Source of the DNA: an uncultured Anaerolinea sp.
Lineage (GTDB): Bacteria; Chloroflexota; Anaerolineae; Anaerolineales; Villigracilaceae
DNA: 41,745 bases
Direction: 5' to 3'
Assembly (NCBI GenBank): GCA_964534345.1
Contig: CAZHOX010000005.1
Span: forward strand, 1 to 41,745
The notes under the pieces were generated by a model. It was not told the DNA's origin and did not search any database. It worked only from the letters and a program-made list of their open reading frames with translations. Below are positions 18,254 to 28,414 of the stretch, piece by piece (position 1 is the stretch's first letter; every line of letters begins with the position of its first letter). The translations under genes and the position numbers were made by a program.

Positions 18254-19683
18254 AGTTGCCTGTTTGTAACAATCTGACGAAATAGATCAAGGCTGGAGCG
18301 GTCTATTAATACAACAATTAATCCATAAGCCACAAGCGATATTCCACCCAGCAACCAGATGTTGATAGTATTAAGCAGTAAGGACGCTCCAAGAATTAAT
18401 GCAGCACCCAGGCCGGGGCCGATAAAGCCCTGCCATGTAAACATTTCTCGTGCTTCTTCGCGCAAATACCAGACATACATTCCAAAGAGTACAACTTCTG
18501 TGAGTAATGTTGCATATACTGCCCCCATCAGATAATATTTCGGAATCAGTACGAAGTTGAGCAACAGGTTTGTCGCAGCAGCGATCAAAACAGCTTGAGC
18601 CCGCTTCCCTTCGCGATTGCTAGCACTTAAAGCTACCTCCAAGGAGGTATCAATGAATTTGAATGGCATAATAAGCGCCAGCCATTTCACAGCTTGAATC
18701 GCGGCAGCGAACTTATCTCCATAAACCATTACAACAATGCTATCCCCAAACGCCCATAATACAGCTGCTATCAAGACGCTGGGTATGATAAGCAATCGAA
18801 TCGTTCTTGCAGTATATCGTTGAAGCGATTGCTTATCTTTGGCAAACTCGGAGGATAGAAAAGGGTAGAGCGCAATATTGACTGTCCTTGCCAGAACATT
18901 GAGGCGGACAGTCAGATTATTTGCCGCCTCATATAGCCCAACAACTGCATTTGTGGCCAATCGAGACAGAAAAACAACATCGACACGGATATACAGCGAT
19001 GACAATCCATTTGTGATTGCAAATGGGGTGCCAGCTTTAAATAGAGAAGACCACAGTTTTTTATCTATTGTTGGGTACAGTTTGCCAAACCGCGTCAGAT
19101 AAATCCATACGCCAGATGCTAGTGAAATAATTCGAGACGCCAGATAGGCGATCATGAGCCAGTCAATGGTTGCGTGAAAGGGTATTGTCACGAGGGCCAA
19201 AATCATGAACGAGCCCTCCATAATAGTGATGATGGTCGCACTCCATTCCATCATTTCCCTGCCGCGAAACGACGCCTCTATCATATACGCCAGGGCCTCG
19301 ATGCCTAATGCCAGCCCAGCCACCATGCACGCTACAAACATAACGCCTGGGTAACTAAGCAATATACATGTAAGCAGCATCAAAATGATGGCGATAGTCG
19401 AAAGTATGGTAGTCAACCCTAATGCAGCATTAACTAAATTATCGACTCTCTCGGGATTTTCACGGCTTCGAGAAATCTCACGAATTAGTAACGAAGGCAA
19501 ACCATACCGGGCAAGTGTTGAGAATAAAGTAATAAGTGTAATTATTGTAGAATACTGACCAAGTAACTCAGCGCTGGCTAGTCGAGCTAGATAAACTGGG
19601 ATGAAGAACGCTGTCAAACTTTGAACCCCATAAGCCATAGCCTGAAAAGCTGAATTTTTTGCAATTCGTTTAAGGTGATTCAT
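18250..19683 (-). CDS. wzx: Wzx-type oligosaccharide flippase (MOP superfamily)
   Basis: RIAKNS, LGQYS, GLPSLLIREIS, YIRVDVVFL, VGLYEAA, LIPKY..MGA; 12-14 hydrophobic segments. Confidence 0.9.
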   Translation of the reverse strand: MNHLKRIAKNSAFQAMAYGVQSLTAFFIPVYLARLASAELLGQYSTIITLITLFSTLARYGLPSLLIREISRSRENPERVDNLVNAALGLTTILSTIAIILMLLTCILLSYPGVMFVACMVAGLALGIEALAYMIEASFRGREMMEWSATIITIMEGSFMILALVTIPFHATIDWLMIAYLASRIISLASGVWIYLTRFGKLYPTIDKKLWSSLFKAGTPFAITNGLSSLYIRVDVVFLSRLATNAVVGLYEAANNLTVRLNVLARTVNIALYPFLSSEFAKDKQSLQRYTARTIRLLIIPSVLIAAVLWAFGDSIVVMVYGDKFAAAIQAVKWLALIMPFKFIDTSLEVALSASNREGKRAQAVLIAAATNLLLNFVLIPKYYLMGAVYATLLTEVVLFGMYVWYLREEAREMFTWQGFIGPGLGAALILGASLLLNTINIWLLGGISLVAYGLIVVLIDRSSLDLFRQIVTNRQL

Positions 19684-19766
19684 GCGAGACTGCTTTCGGT
19701 CTTTTTCTATTGATGTATTCTTTGCAACAATTGGATAAAGATGTCTGTTTTTTCTCGTAATTGCTT

Positions 19767-21944
19767 CTACGGAGAAATATTCAATACTAACTGGGGCGCT
19801 TGGCTGCCTTCGCTTGATGAGAATGAGACTGAGTCTGTGCTGGTTGCAACAAGTACAAAACTATAGGTTCCATCACTTGTTATGAAAGGTGTGACATTGT
19901 ATTCAACCCAGACACCTGTTGCGATTGCGCCTTTGTCATCTACCCCATTACTGGTTCGTGCAGGGCGCGTATTCCAGGTGATACCTGCTTCAGTCCAATC
20001 ATTAGTCGTTGCATATACTACTGGCCCGTCCACAGTCGAAGATGTAGAGTAAACACGTAGAGTGGCGCTTTGAACCGTTCCTGCTATGCCAGTTACTGTA
20101 AATTTCAAATACGCTTCATAGCTAGCGTTGGTTCCACTTACAACCCATAGTTGTGCATTTGAACCATAATTTGAGTTTGTAGCAGATTCTCGAACATAAG
20201 AATCGTCTGTAATAATTGTAAGCACTGATCCGGTTGGTGTAGTTGTTTGGGTTGCAGTAAAAGTTGCGGTTGGCGTCTGTGTTGCTGTAGATGTTGGCGA
20301 CAGCGCTGTATTAACTGGTGTGAATGTAGGTGTTGGAGTCAACGAAGAGGCAGGTGTCAGTGTTTTAGTAAGTGTTGCTGTAGGAGTCTGTGATGGAGTG
20401 TTAGTTAATGTGTGTATGGATGTAGGTGTATTGGTGGCAGCCTGGGTTGGGATTCCGGTTACTGTCATTGTAGGCGTTTGAGTAGATATTCCACCTGAAG
20501 GTTGGTACTCATAAGCACCGCGATCATCGTACGTACGGATCCCTGCACCGGTATTTATAGTTGCTGGATCATCGATTCGAGAATTTCCTTCAATATCATT
20601 GATAGGATTGTTTATTGCATCTGCATTTGCGCTATCAATGGCTTGCGACCCGGCTTGTAAATGGTAATTGCCCACGAGTAGAGCAGGTGGCCGTGTTGCA
20701 GGCGTTACAGGAAGAATAAATAAAGGATTTGCTTGCAAGCCATGCACTTCTTGTCCCGGTACTGCGGTCTTGAAAGCAGCCAATGTAGCATAATTAATAC
20801 TATTCCATTGAATCTGAACTGTGCCAGAACTACTTAAATAGACAAGGTTGTAGTCCATTGTTGTTCCTGCTATTGAGTTGGCGTCAACACGGATATTAGA
20901 CTTTTGACCAGTGATTGGCGCAATCCCATTATCGACACTGATGTTATTTATAATCTTTGCCCCGCTCGAAGCTGGCGCTCCACTTCCTTCCAGGTTTATT
21001 CCAGCAGTGTGATTGCCCTGAACTGTATTACTGGTGACTATATTGTTTGGCGAATTAACGAAATCAATGCCATGATCGCCATTGCCATATGTTAGATTGC
21101 CAACTACAAAATTGTCATGAGTTAGATTGTAAAATTGCAATCCAGAATCTTCATTGGCATAAGTTGTATTGTGGATGACTGTGTTGTTGTAGCTGCCGCT
21201 GCCATAGACTTGAATTCCAGTTGCGTTGCGTTGCCATTTCTCAGCATTAGCAAATGAAATGTTGTTGCTCACAACATTGTTAATGGCTCCAGTTGTCAAT
21301 CGAATACCATCTTGGCTGTTGTGATCTACTGTGTTGTTTGTAATTAAAGAATCAACAGTGCTGGTTAAGTAGATGCCCGCTCGTGTAGAACCTGATACTG
21401 GCTTGCCAGAATAGCTAACATGATTGTTTGAAATCGTGATATGGTTTGATGCACTCACATAAATGCCATAACTTATAGTGCCGGTAACTGTAAATCCATC
21501 AACAATAATATAGCTTTTGCTGGATATCCGAAAAGAACTCCCGTTGCTTGCTGTGCCATTGCCAGTTATTATGACATTCGGTGTGGCAGAATAAGTAATA
21601 GGAAGCCCGGCACTTCCAGATCTAGGTACAGTTACAGTTTCAGCATAATTTCCAGCTAGAACTCTCACAGTATCGCCTGCAATTGCCATGTTTGCCCCTT
21701 TTGTTATTGTGCAGAAGGGGAGTGCGGCAGTTGTGCCAGCTTGGGCGTCAGAGCATGATGCATTCGTTTTGTCTACATAATAGGTGGTACCAGCAGCAGA
21801 AGCATGGGTAAAATTTATTCCAATCAGCGAGAAGACAATTGCAAGAGTTACAATGACAACCTTGACTTGTCGGTTATCAAAACTTGTTTTATGTGGGTTC
21901 GGGTTTGGATCAGATAAGTTCTTGAATAGATTTATGTTATGCAT
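19767..21944 (-). CDS. Secreted parallel beta-helix protein with Thr/Pro linker and C-terminal DNRLRE/CBM96-like domain
   Basis: Signal/TM ending THA-SAA; [32 protein letters not shown]; TPT-rich linker; DDSYVRE...NYGS...AYLKF...SATLRVY...[13 protein letters not shown]. Confidence 0.85.
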   Translation of the reverse strand: MHNINLFKNLSDPNPNPHKTSFDNRQVKVVIVTLAIVFSLIGINFTHASAAGTTYYVDKTNASCSDAQAGTTAALPFCTITKGANMAIAGDTVRVLAGNYAETVTVPRSGSAGLPITYSATPNVIITGNGTASNGSSFRISSKSYIIVDGFTVTGTISYGIYVSASNHITISNNHVSYSGKPVSGSTRAGIYLTSTVDSLITNNTVDHNSQDGIRLTTGAINNVVSNNISFANAEKWQRNATGIQVYGSGSYNNTVIHNTTYANEDSGLQFYNLTHDNFVVGNLTYGNGDHGIDFVNSPNNIVTSNTVQGNHTAGINLEGSGAPASSGAKIINNISVDNGIAPITGQKSNIRVDANSIAGTTMDYNLVYLSSSGTVQIQWNSINYATLAAFKTAVPGQEVHGLQANPLFILPVTPATRPPALLVGNYHLQAGSQAIDSANADAINNPINDIEGNSRIDDPATINTGAGIRTYDDRGAYEYQPSGGISTQTPTMTVTGIPTQAATNTPTSIHTLTNTPSQTPTATLTKTLTPASSLTPTPTFTPVNTALSPTSTATQTPTATFTATQTTTPTGSVLTIITDDSYVRESATNSNYGSNAQLWVVSGTNASYEAYLKFTVTGIAGTVQSATLRVYSTSSTVDGPVVYATTNDWTEAGITWNTRPARTSNGVDDKGAIATGVWVEYNVTPFITSDGTYSFVLVATSTDSVSFSSSEGSQAPQLVLNISP

Positions 21945-22056
21945 GAGGTTTCCTCTAAACTATTTCGCAGATATTAAATTGACCGATATATGAATTTAAT
22001 TTTGAATATGTTTAAAAAATCTTCTGGGCAAAACAGAATAAAAAATTTATTTGGAA

Positions 22057-22091
22057 CATGCTCCGCCCTGCTGACATTAAAAGTTTGTCAG
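22057..22091 (-). promoter_or_regulatory. Candidate ops/JUMPstart-like element with adjacent hairpin
   Basis: Minus strand: CTGACA-N9-TGTCAG hairpin running into CAGGGCGGAGCATG, similar to ops GGCGGTAGCGTG; lies between the NusG paralog and the first operon gene. Confidence 0.35.
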
Positions 22092-22141
22092 ATTTTTTGC
22101 GCTATTCTAATAATGTAGGCTCCCCCTGCCTGAACTATTTA

Positions 22142-22645
22142 TTAATTAATCGAATGAATGTGATTTGCTTGTAATTCAACAGGAATAAGGCGGTTGTCCA
22201 TTAATGATAGGAGAATTCGTACTCGATCACTCCCAGATAGTTGAACATCAAAGACCCCTTCATAGCCTGTAAAGGCTCCACGATGAATAGCGATCCTATC
22301 ACCTTTATACAAATTAACGTTTTTTTTGTTTAACCCGTTATCTAAGTTCTCAATTTGCTCTTTAATCGCATAAACTAAATTGTCTGGGACAAAGGCTGGC
22401 TCATCACCAAATGATACTAGTCCTGCGCTGCCTGGCAACCAATCAAGGGCTGATTTGCCTATTTGGTCTAAATCAACATGGATGAATAGATAACAGGGAA
22501 AATATGACTGAACCTGCCGGGCACGAGGGTTGACAGTCTGTACCTTGATACATGGATAATAAGACTCAAGGTTTCGCAGACAAAACTGCTTCCAGAGCAA
22601 CTCTTCACTTCTTGGTTTACTACGAGCAACATACCATTTTTCCAT
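22142..22645 (-). CDS. NusG/RfaH-family transcription antiterminator paralog
   Basis: WYVARSKPRSE, YFPCYLFI, GLVSFG..PAFVP; KOW motif KGDRIAIHRGAFTGYEG; heads the polysaccharide operon. Confidence 0.92.
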   Translation of the reverse strand: MEKWYVARSKPRSEELLWKQFCLRNLESYYPCIKVQTVNPRARQVQSYFPCYLFIHVDLDQIGKSALDWLPGSAGLVSFGDEPAFVPDNLVYAIKEQIENLDNGLNKKNVNLYKGDRIAIHRGAFTGYEGVFDVQLSGSDRVRILLSLMDNRLIPVELQANHIHSIN

Positions 22646-22744
22646 AATATTAATTTCCTTACCACTGGATTACGGAGGCACAGAAACTCAAGCAATAGGC
22701 CTATAATAATATGCTTACAAATGGCAATATAAATCTGGAAATCT

Positions 22745-22864
22745 AAATTGCCAAAGAATTGCCTGTAAGATTTTATTTTTAAAGCAGATTGAAAATTGGC
22801 ATAGACATAATTTACCCCTTTATTTCTTTTTAAATCTTATAACTTTCTTTGAATTTATTTGAGA
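22745..22864 (-). promoter_or_regulatory. Upstream element, copy B, homologous to 4225-4344
   Basis: Same ungapped alignment as copy A; 100 bp upstream of the NusG-paralog start. Confidence 0.55.
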
Positions 22865-22939
22865 GACCCCTGAGCACTATGGTAAATGCGCTTATACAGC
22901 GATATTGATTAAGCTTCTCTTTTAGAATAACTGATTTTT

Positions 22940-23656
22940 TTATGAAGCCTCATCAGAGTCGCGAGGCGCAAACCAATACCCACGTCCCCATCGTGTGCGA
23001 ATATACTGATGCCCATTTTGAACATCCTGTAACTTATTTCTCAGGTAGTGAATGTATAAAGATAATGTAGACGGATCATTGAAATACAGTTCGCCCCATG
23101 CTTCTCGTACCAATTCACGATGTGATATGGTTTTTCCCTGCTCGCGCACTAGAAACGCTAATAAATCATATTCTTTGGGAGAAAGCTCTACAATATTCCC
23201 AAAAAGTTTAACAACCTTTGACGAAAAGTTAATTTCTAAAATGGAGTCTGTATAGTTGACTTTCTCCAAATCTTCACTTGCATTTTGATTGTATGCAGAA
23301 CGCCTCAGTAATGCATTTACGCGTGCTTTAAGTTCATTTTTGTTGAAGGGTTTTCCTAGAAAATCATCTACCCCCACATTAAATCCATGCAATAAATCTT
23401 TTTCTTGAATGCTGGCAGTCAGCATCATAATTGGAAAATTGGAAAATTCGCGCATACGAGAACAAACCTCGAAGCCATCCATGCCAGGCATATTAACATC
23501 TAGAATAACTAAGTCTGGATGGATCTTGTAGGCTTGTTTTAGCCCCTCTTCCCCCGAGGATGCCAGATGGACAATAATCTCTGAAGTCTCGAGGATTGTT
23601 GTGATTAATTTTTGTAGATCTGTGTCATCATCAATTACGAGGACTTTTTTTTTCAA
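22940..23656 (-). CDS. OmpR/PhoB-family response regulator (orphan in this window)
   Basis: VLVIDDD, DLVILDVNMPGMDG, MLTA, KPF; wHTH LSPKEYDLL...YIHYLRNKL...IRTRWGRGY. TTG start at 23656 after GGGAGG preferred over 23680. Confidence 0.93.
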   Translation of the reverse strand: MKKKVLVIDDDTDLQKLITTILETSEIIVHLASSGEEGLKQAYKIHPDLVILDVNMPGMDGFEVCSRMREFSNFPIMMLTASIQEKDLLHGFNVGVDDFLGKPFNKNELKARVNALLRRSAYNQNASEDLEKVNYTDSILEINFSSKVVKLFGNIVELSPKEYDLLAFLVREQGKTISHRELVREAWGELYFNDPSTLSLYIHYLRNKLQDVQNGHQYIRTRWGRGYWFAPRDSDEAS

Positions 23657-23880
23657 CGGAATATTCCTCCCGTGAAACAACTTGGATGTTTGATTTATAA
23701 AATAATCTGTACTTAATTATGCATCTACTATGTAATCAAATTAAGGATTCAAGCCATACAAAGTCTGTTTGCCTCTTACAAATTAATTTTATCACAAGTC
23801 TTATTGACCTTCTATGGTTGGGGAACAGAAAATGCACTGTTTGAAAATGCCGAAAGAAGAGAATTATTTTTCTGCCCAGG

Positions 23881-23915
23881 AAGGTGACTGCCGCTTTACA
23901 AGTGACAGTCACCTT
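23881..23915. terminator. Hairpin downstream of the MFS gene
   Basis: AAGGTGACTG-N15-CAGTCACCTT perfect 10-bp arms; no clear U-tract. Confidence 0.45.
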
Positions 23916-23921
23916 GAAACC

Positions 23922-25244
23922 TTATTTTACAACTCGCGGTGCAAAGAACCATAAAATTGCAAGGATTAAACCGCCCACAAAGAACGGGACAGGTCCGCCG
24001 AACCATTGAAAGAGCGCTCCATAAAATAAGGGTGCAACCGCATTTGCTGCACTATATGCCGCTGTGGATACGCCCAAGGCTCCGCCGACTTCGCTTTTAT
24101 CAGCAGTTTTTGTGATGAGGCTGTTGATCGCTGGGTGAAGCACGCCGCCGCCTAATGCAGCTGGGATGCTGGCGACCATCAGCCAAATGATGCCAAACCA
24201 ACTTTTTGCTGTTTCATCAGGCAATTGAATGTTGATGCTTTGAATGGAGACGCGGAAGTCACCTTGTCCCGCCATGCTTTCAAGTACCCTGGCCTTTTCA
24301 TACCACGGGACGGGGACGGCCGGTGTGAGCGCGGTTCCGATCAAACCTACAGCGAGCGCTCCAAGCCCCATCAGCACAAGCCAGCGATCGCCTTTTACCT
24401 TAGACCAGCGTCCAACCAAACCACCTTGCACCACAATAATGAGAACACCTGCGAGCGCAAATAGGCCGGATGTGTCGCGTGCGTCCATGCCGAGGCGAGT
24501 GAGGGTAAAAAGAGAAAAGAGTTGTTCGTAACCGCCAAAGGCAACTTGATAGAAGAACATGATAAGAAGTAAAAATCCAATAGCGGGGCGGCTTAGAGAA
24601 TCACGCAATGCATTAAAGGTGAAGGGACGTCGTTTGCGTGATGCTTCAGGATTTTCAACCTCTGTATAGGTTTCCTTGAACCAGAAACTGGTCAACAAGA
24701 TGGAGATCAGCGAAAACACCGCAGCCGTGAACGCAACCGCACGGTAATTTTGGCCAGTCGCAGCGAGGACGATAAAGGCAATAATTGGCCCCATCACGAA
24801 GCCAACACCAAATGCTGCACCGATCAATCCTAACCCTTGTGTGCGCGTCTTTTCAGTGGTGCTGTCTGCTACTGCAGCTTGAGCAGTTGCAATGTTCGCA
24901 CCAGAGAGGCCGTCAATAATGCGGGAGACAAAAAGCAGGAAGAGAGAATCGGCAAACCCAAGCAGCAGAAACCCTGCCAATGTCCCGATCTGACTCGCGA
25001 TCAAAACTGGTTTCCGTCCGAATCGATCAGATAATCGCCCAAGGATCGGTGCGCCAATAAATTGCATGAAAGGGTATGTGGCTTGCAAAATTCCAATCAC
25101 TAATGGTGAAGAGCCAAAACGTGCTGCATACAAAGGTAAAAGGGGAATAATAACGGAGAGGCCGATCAGGTCAACAAGTACAATGACAAGAACAGGCAGA
25201 ACTCTTTTGAAATCAAGTTTTTCGGTTGTGGTTTCAGTTGTCAT
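23922..25244 (-). CDS. MFS transporter, TetA/DHA1-like
   Basis: VDLIGLSVIIPLLP, GRLSDRFGRKPVL, SRIIDG, GAAFGVGFVMGP. Confidence 0.92.
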   Translation of the reverse strand: MTTETTTEKLDFKRVLPVLVIVLVDLIGLSVIIPLLPLYAARFGSSPLVIGILQATYPFMQFIGAPILGRLSDRFGRKPVLIASQIGTLAGFLLLGFADSLFLLFVSRIIDGLSGANIATAQAAVADSTTEKTRTQGLGLIGAAFGVGFVMGPIIAFIVLAATGQNYRAVAFTAAVFSLISILLTSFWFKETYTEVENPEASRKRRPFTFNALRDSLSRPAIGFLLLIMFFYQVAFGGYEQLFSLFTLTRLGMDARDTSGLFALAGVLIIVVQGGLVGRWSKVKGDRWLVLMGLGALAVGLIGTALTPAVPVPWYEKARVLESMAGQGDFRVSIQSINIQLPDETAKSWFGIIWLMVASIPAALGGGVLHPAINSLITKTADKSEVGGALGVSTAAYSAANAVAPLFYGALFQWFGGPVPFFVGGLILAILWFFAPRVVK

Positions 25245-25255
25245 ATTTTCCTATT

Positions 25256-25294
25256 AAAACCCTCCCCCAATTATGCTTTTCAATTGGGGGAGGG
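25256..25294 (-). terminator. Rho-independent terminator or REP-like hairpin after korB
   Basis: CCCTCCCCCAATT-N9-AATTGGGGGAGGG, 13-bp arms, followed by TTTT on the minus strand. Confidence 0.65.
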
Positions 25295-25315
25295 CAGGGT
25301 AGGGGTATAAGGTAT

Positions 25316-26371
25316 TTAGAACATCAACGAGTTGATCTTGTCGATCATGGCACGTTCTGGTCGCAGGTCAGCATCTGTGAGCCGATTGAGGGGAGTATCT
25401 ACCAGATTGTACATGGAGGTCAGGTTGGGCTTGGTAGTATTCACATACAGCAAGCCCGTCACCAGCCAGTTATTGCGTTGGGCTTCTTCCATCACGCGCA
25501 AGGCTTCGTAACGATCAGTGGGGTCGTACCCTTTTTCAAGATTCTTCAAAATAACTGTTGAGCCATCATGCATGGAAACTTCACGCACTTCGCCTTCTTC
25601 CATTTCGCGCTCAAGAATGATCTCGCTGCGTGGGGCAATGTAGGAAATTTCGTGTAGGGGTTCTTCGTGATCTTTGCCCCACGAATAAGAATGGAAAGCA
25701 TTTTCCTGATTGTTGAAGGTCACGCACGGACTGATGATATCCAACACAGCAATACCATCATGTGCAAGTGCAACCTTCAGCAATTCCTTTACCTGCTTGG
25801 GGTTGCCAGCAAAGGAACGCGCTACAAAGGTTGCATTGGAAACGAGCGCTTCCATACAAATATCCACTGGCATGTAGGGGTTCTCGCCTTGCTTTTTCAA
25901 ATGCAAACCTTTTTCAGCAGTAGCCGAGAACTGACCTTTTGTCAGACCATACACACCATTGTTTTCAACGATGTACACCATGTTCACATTGCGGCGCATG
26001 ATGTGCTTGAACTGACCCATGCCAATGCTGGCAGAGTCGCCATCGCCTGAAACGCCAATGCCCTTCATGCGCGCATCAGCAAACAACGCACCAGTCGCAA
26101 TGGACGGCATACGTCCGTGCAAGCTGTTGAAGCCGAAAGTGCGGTTCAGAAAATATGTAGGTGATTTGGATGAACAGCCAATACCGCTGAACTTCATTAC
26201 ATCTTCAGGCACAATGTTCATTTCATACAAAGCAGCCACGATCTGATTCGAGATCGAGTTATGTCCGCAGCCCTGACACAACGTGGTGGGGGCGCCGCGA
26301 TAATCATTTTTTGTAAGGCCGGCAAGGTTGACATTTGTCGGTGCGCCAGCCATGGGGAGAGCTTCTGTCAT
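25316..26371 (-). CDS. korB: 2-oxoacid:ferredoxin oxidoreductase beta subunit
   Basis: CQGCGH, SGIGCSS, HGR, TPP motif GDGD...NNGVYGLTKGQ, SPCVTF. Confidence 0.93.
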   Translation of the reverse strand: MTEALPMAGAPTNVNLAGLTKNDYRGAPTTLCQGCGHNSISNQIVAALYEMNIVPEDVMKFSGIGCSSKSPTYFLNRTFGFNSLHGRMPSIATGALFADARMKGIGVSGDGDSASIGMGQFKHIMRRNVNMVYIVENNGVYGLTKGQFSATAEKGLHLKKQGENPYMPVDICMEALVSNATFVARSFAGNPKQVKELLKVALAHDGIAVLDIISPCVTFNNQENAFHSYSWGKDHEEPLHEISYIAPRSEIILEREMEEGEVREVSMHDGSTVILKNLEKGYDPTDRYEALRVMEEAQRNNWLVTGLLYVNTTKPNLTSMYNLVDTPLNRLTDADLRPERAMIDKINSLMF

Positions 26372-26397
26372 TTTATATTCTCCTTATATACCGATAA

Positions 26398-28356
26398 CTA
26401 CTTCCGCTTTGCCTTCGCGGGTGATTTGGATTTTTTGACCGCAGCCTTTTTCGCAACAGACTTCTTGCTCGCTTCTTTCTTGGACTTTGAAGCTGCTACT
26501 GCTTTCGTTGTCACTTTCTTAGCTGGAGCTTTTTTCTTCGCAACAGCCTTCTGCTTTTTGCCTTCTGCTTCATATTTTGCAAGGATGCCTTCACGAACCC
26601 ATTTTGCAGCCGCAGGCAAACCATCATGGTACGCCACAGATTTGAACTTCGCAGCATACTGCGGATATTCCGTCAACAGGATCTGGTGCATCTGTCCATC
26701 GCGGTTCATTTCCACAATGAAGATCTGGTCATATTTTTCAATGAACTTGGTGACTTCTTCTGTGAATGGGATGGCGCGAACACGCAAGAAATCCGCATTG
26801 ATCCCATCATCTTTGGAGAGATGATATTGCGCTTCAAGCACTGCGTTTTCTGTAGAACCGTAAGCAAGAATACCAACCGTTGCACCTTTAACTGCGTGAA
26901 GCGCAGGCTTGGGCATGTAGCTAGCCGCATTGTAGAATTTAGACTTAAGGCGCTCCATGTTTCGCATATAAGTGCCAGCATCTTCAGTGTATTTTGCATA
27001 TTCATCGTGGCCTGTACCGCGGGTGAAGTATGCGCTCATCGGGTGCTTGTTGCCAGGGAAGGTTCGATACGGAACGCCATCACCATCCTTGTCGAGGTAA
27101 CGTCCCCAATTGCCCTTGATTTCTTCAAGGTCTTTCTCCCAAAGAACCTTGCCACGGTCCATCGGAGTTTCTGGGTATTGGAAGGGCTTGCTCATCCACT
27201 GGTTCATGCCCATGTCGAGGTCGCTCAATACAAAGACAGGGGTCTGAGCACGCTCGGCAATGTCAAAAGACTGCCAGCCAAATTCAAAGCACTCGTATAC
27301 ATCACCAGGCAATAAGATGATGGAATGAGAATCGCCGTGGCCGATGAAATGAGTAAAGGTCAAATCACCTTGCGAGGTACGGGTCGGCAAACCTGTGCTG
27401 GGTCCAATGCGCTGCACATCCCAAATGACCACTGGTACTTCGGCATAATATGCCAAACCAGCGAACTCCGTCATCAACGAAAGGCCAGGGCCGGAAGTGG
27501 AGGTCATGGAACGTAAGCCAGCCCAGCCGGCGCCAATTGCCATACCAAGCGCAGCGAGTTCATCTTCCGCCTGCACAATGGCGTATGTGTGTTTGCCGTC
27601 TTCACGTTTGCGGAGAACCGGTAAATAATCGTTCAAACCTTCTGCCAAAGAAGTGGCAGGAGTGATGGGATACCAACCTGCAAACTGCACACCGCCGAAA
27701 ATGGAACCGAGAGCACCAGCCGTATTTCCATCTGCCATGATCATGCCATCGGTCTTGTTCATGGGTTCAACAAAATACGGGTCTTTCTTTTCCAGATTTT
27801 CTTTTGCCCACTCAGCGCCAGCCTTCAATGCATTAAAGTTCATATCAATCGGTTTCTGCTTGCCCTTGAAGTGGAAGGTGAGCGCAGCAAGGATCTTATC
27901 CATATCCATGCCGATCATTTGGGCAAGCACGCCCACGTAAACCATGTTTCCTACGAGGTCACGATAATCAGTAGGAACATTCGGGTCATTCTTCACAATA
28001 GTTTTAATTGGCATGGGGTAGACGGCAATATCTGTACGAGTAATGGGCTGCTTAATATCGTCAGCGTAGAAAAATGCTCCACCCGGGGTAACAGATGCCA
28101 GGTCACGCACGAACGAGTCAGGATTCATTGCGATCACAATATCGTTTGCATCCTGTCGTGCAATGAATCCATCCTTATTCACGCGAATGGTATACCAGGT
28201 CGGCAAACCTTGAATATTAGATGGAAAAAGATTTTTGCCTGAAACCGGAATGCCCATCTTGAACACAGAACGCAGGATGGTGTTATTGGCTGTGGAACTG
28301 CCGGAGCCGTTCTTTGTGCCAACAGTGATGGAAAAATCGTTCACTATTCTGTTCAT
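26398..28356 (-). CDS. korA: 2-oxoacid:ferredoxin oxidoreductase alpha subunit (gamma-alpha fused) with Lys/Ala-rich tail
   Basis: NGSGS, YPITPAT, QAEDELAA, TSGPGLSL, QRIGPSTGLPT, VEMN. Confidence 0.93.
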   Translation of the reverse strand: MNRIVNDFSITVGTKNGSGSSTANNTILRSVFKMGIPVSGKNLFPSNIQGLPTWYTIRVNKDGFIARQDANDIVIAMNPDSFVRDLASVTPGGAFFYADDIKQPITRTDIAVYPMPIKTIVKNDPNVPTDYRDLVGNMVYVGVLAQMIGMDMDKILAALTFHFKGKQKPIDMNFNALKAGAEWAKENLEKKDPYFVEPMNKTDGMIMADGNTAGALGSIFGGVQFAGWYPITPATSLAEGLNDYLPVLRKREDGKHTYAIVQAEDELAALGMAIGAGWAGLRSMTSTSGPGLSLMTEFAGLAYYAEVPVVIWDVQRIGPSTGLPTRTSQGDLTFTHFIGHGDSHSIILLPGDVYECFEFGWQSFDIAERAQTPVFVLSDLDMGMNQWMSKPFQYPETPMDRGKVLWEKDLEEIKGNWGRYLDKDGDGVPYRTFPGNKHPMSAYFTRGTGHDEYAKYTEDAGTYMRNMERLKSKFYNAASYMPKPALHAVKGATVGILAYGSTENAVLEAQYHLSKDDGINADFLRVRAIPFTEEVTKFIEKYDQIFIVEMNRDGQMHQILLTEYPQYAAKFKSVAYHDGLPAAAKWVREGILAKYEAEGKKQKAVAKKKAPAKKVTTKAVAASKSKKEASKKSVAKKAAVKKSKSPAKAKRK

Positions 28357-28414
28357 GAAACTCCTCTATGATTAACCGTCACTACAAAATAAACTTCTTG
28401 TTGTGACGAAATTT

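Noticed and set aside
20230-20490. Repeat array or CRISPR-like periodicity
   Set aside because: It is the coding Thr/Pro linker; no conserved DNA repeat with spacers. No CRISPR array was seen anywhere in the window.
23768-23820. Third copy of the duplicated upstream element before the OmpR gene
   Set aside because: Only a short gapped resemblance (tcttattgaccttctatgg), not distinguishable from AT-rich background by eye.
23922-25244. Tetracycline resistance gene
   Set aside because: Only family-level DHA1 motifs; no tetR or mobile context; substrate cannot be inferred.
26261-28242. Long plus-strand ORFs opposite korA
   Set aside because: Antisense shadows of a well-supported gene.
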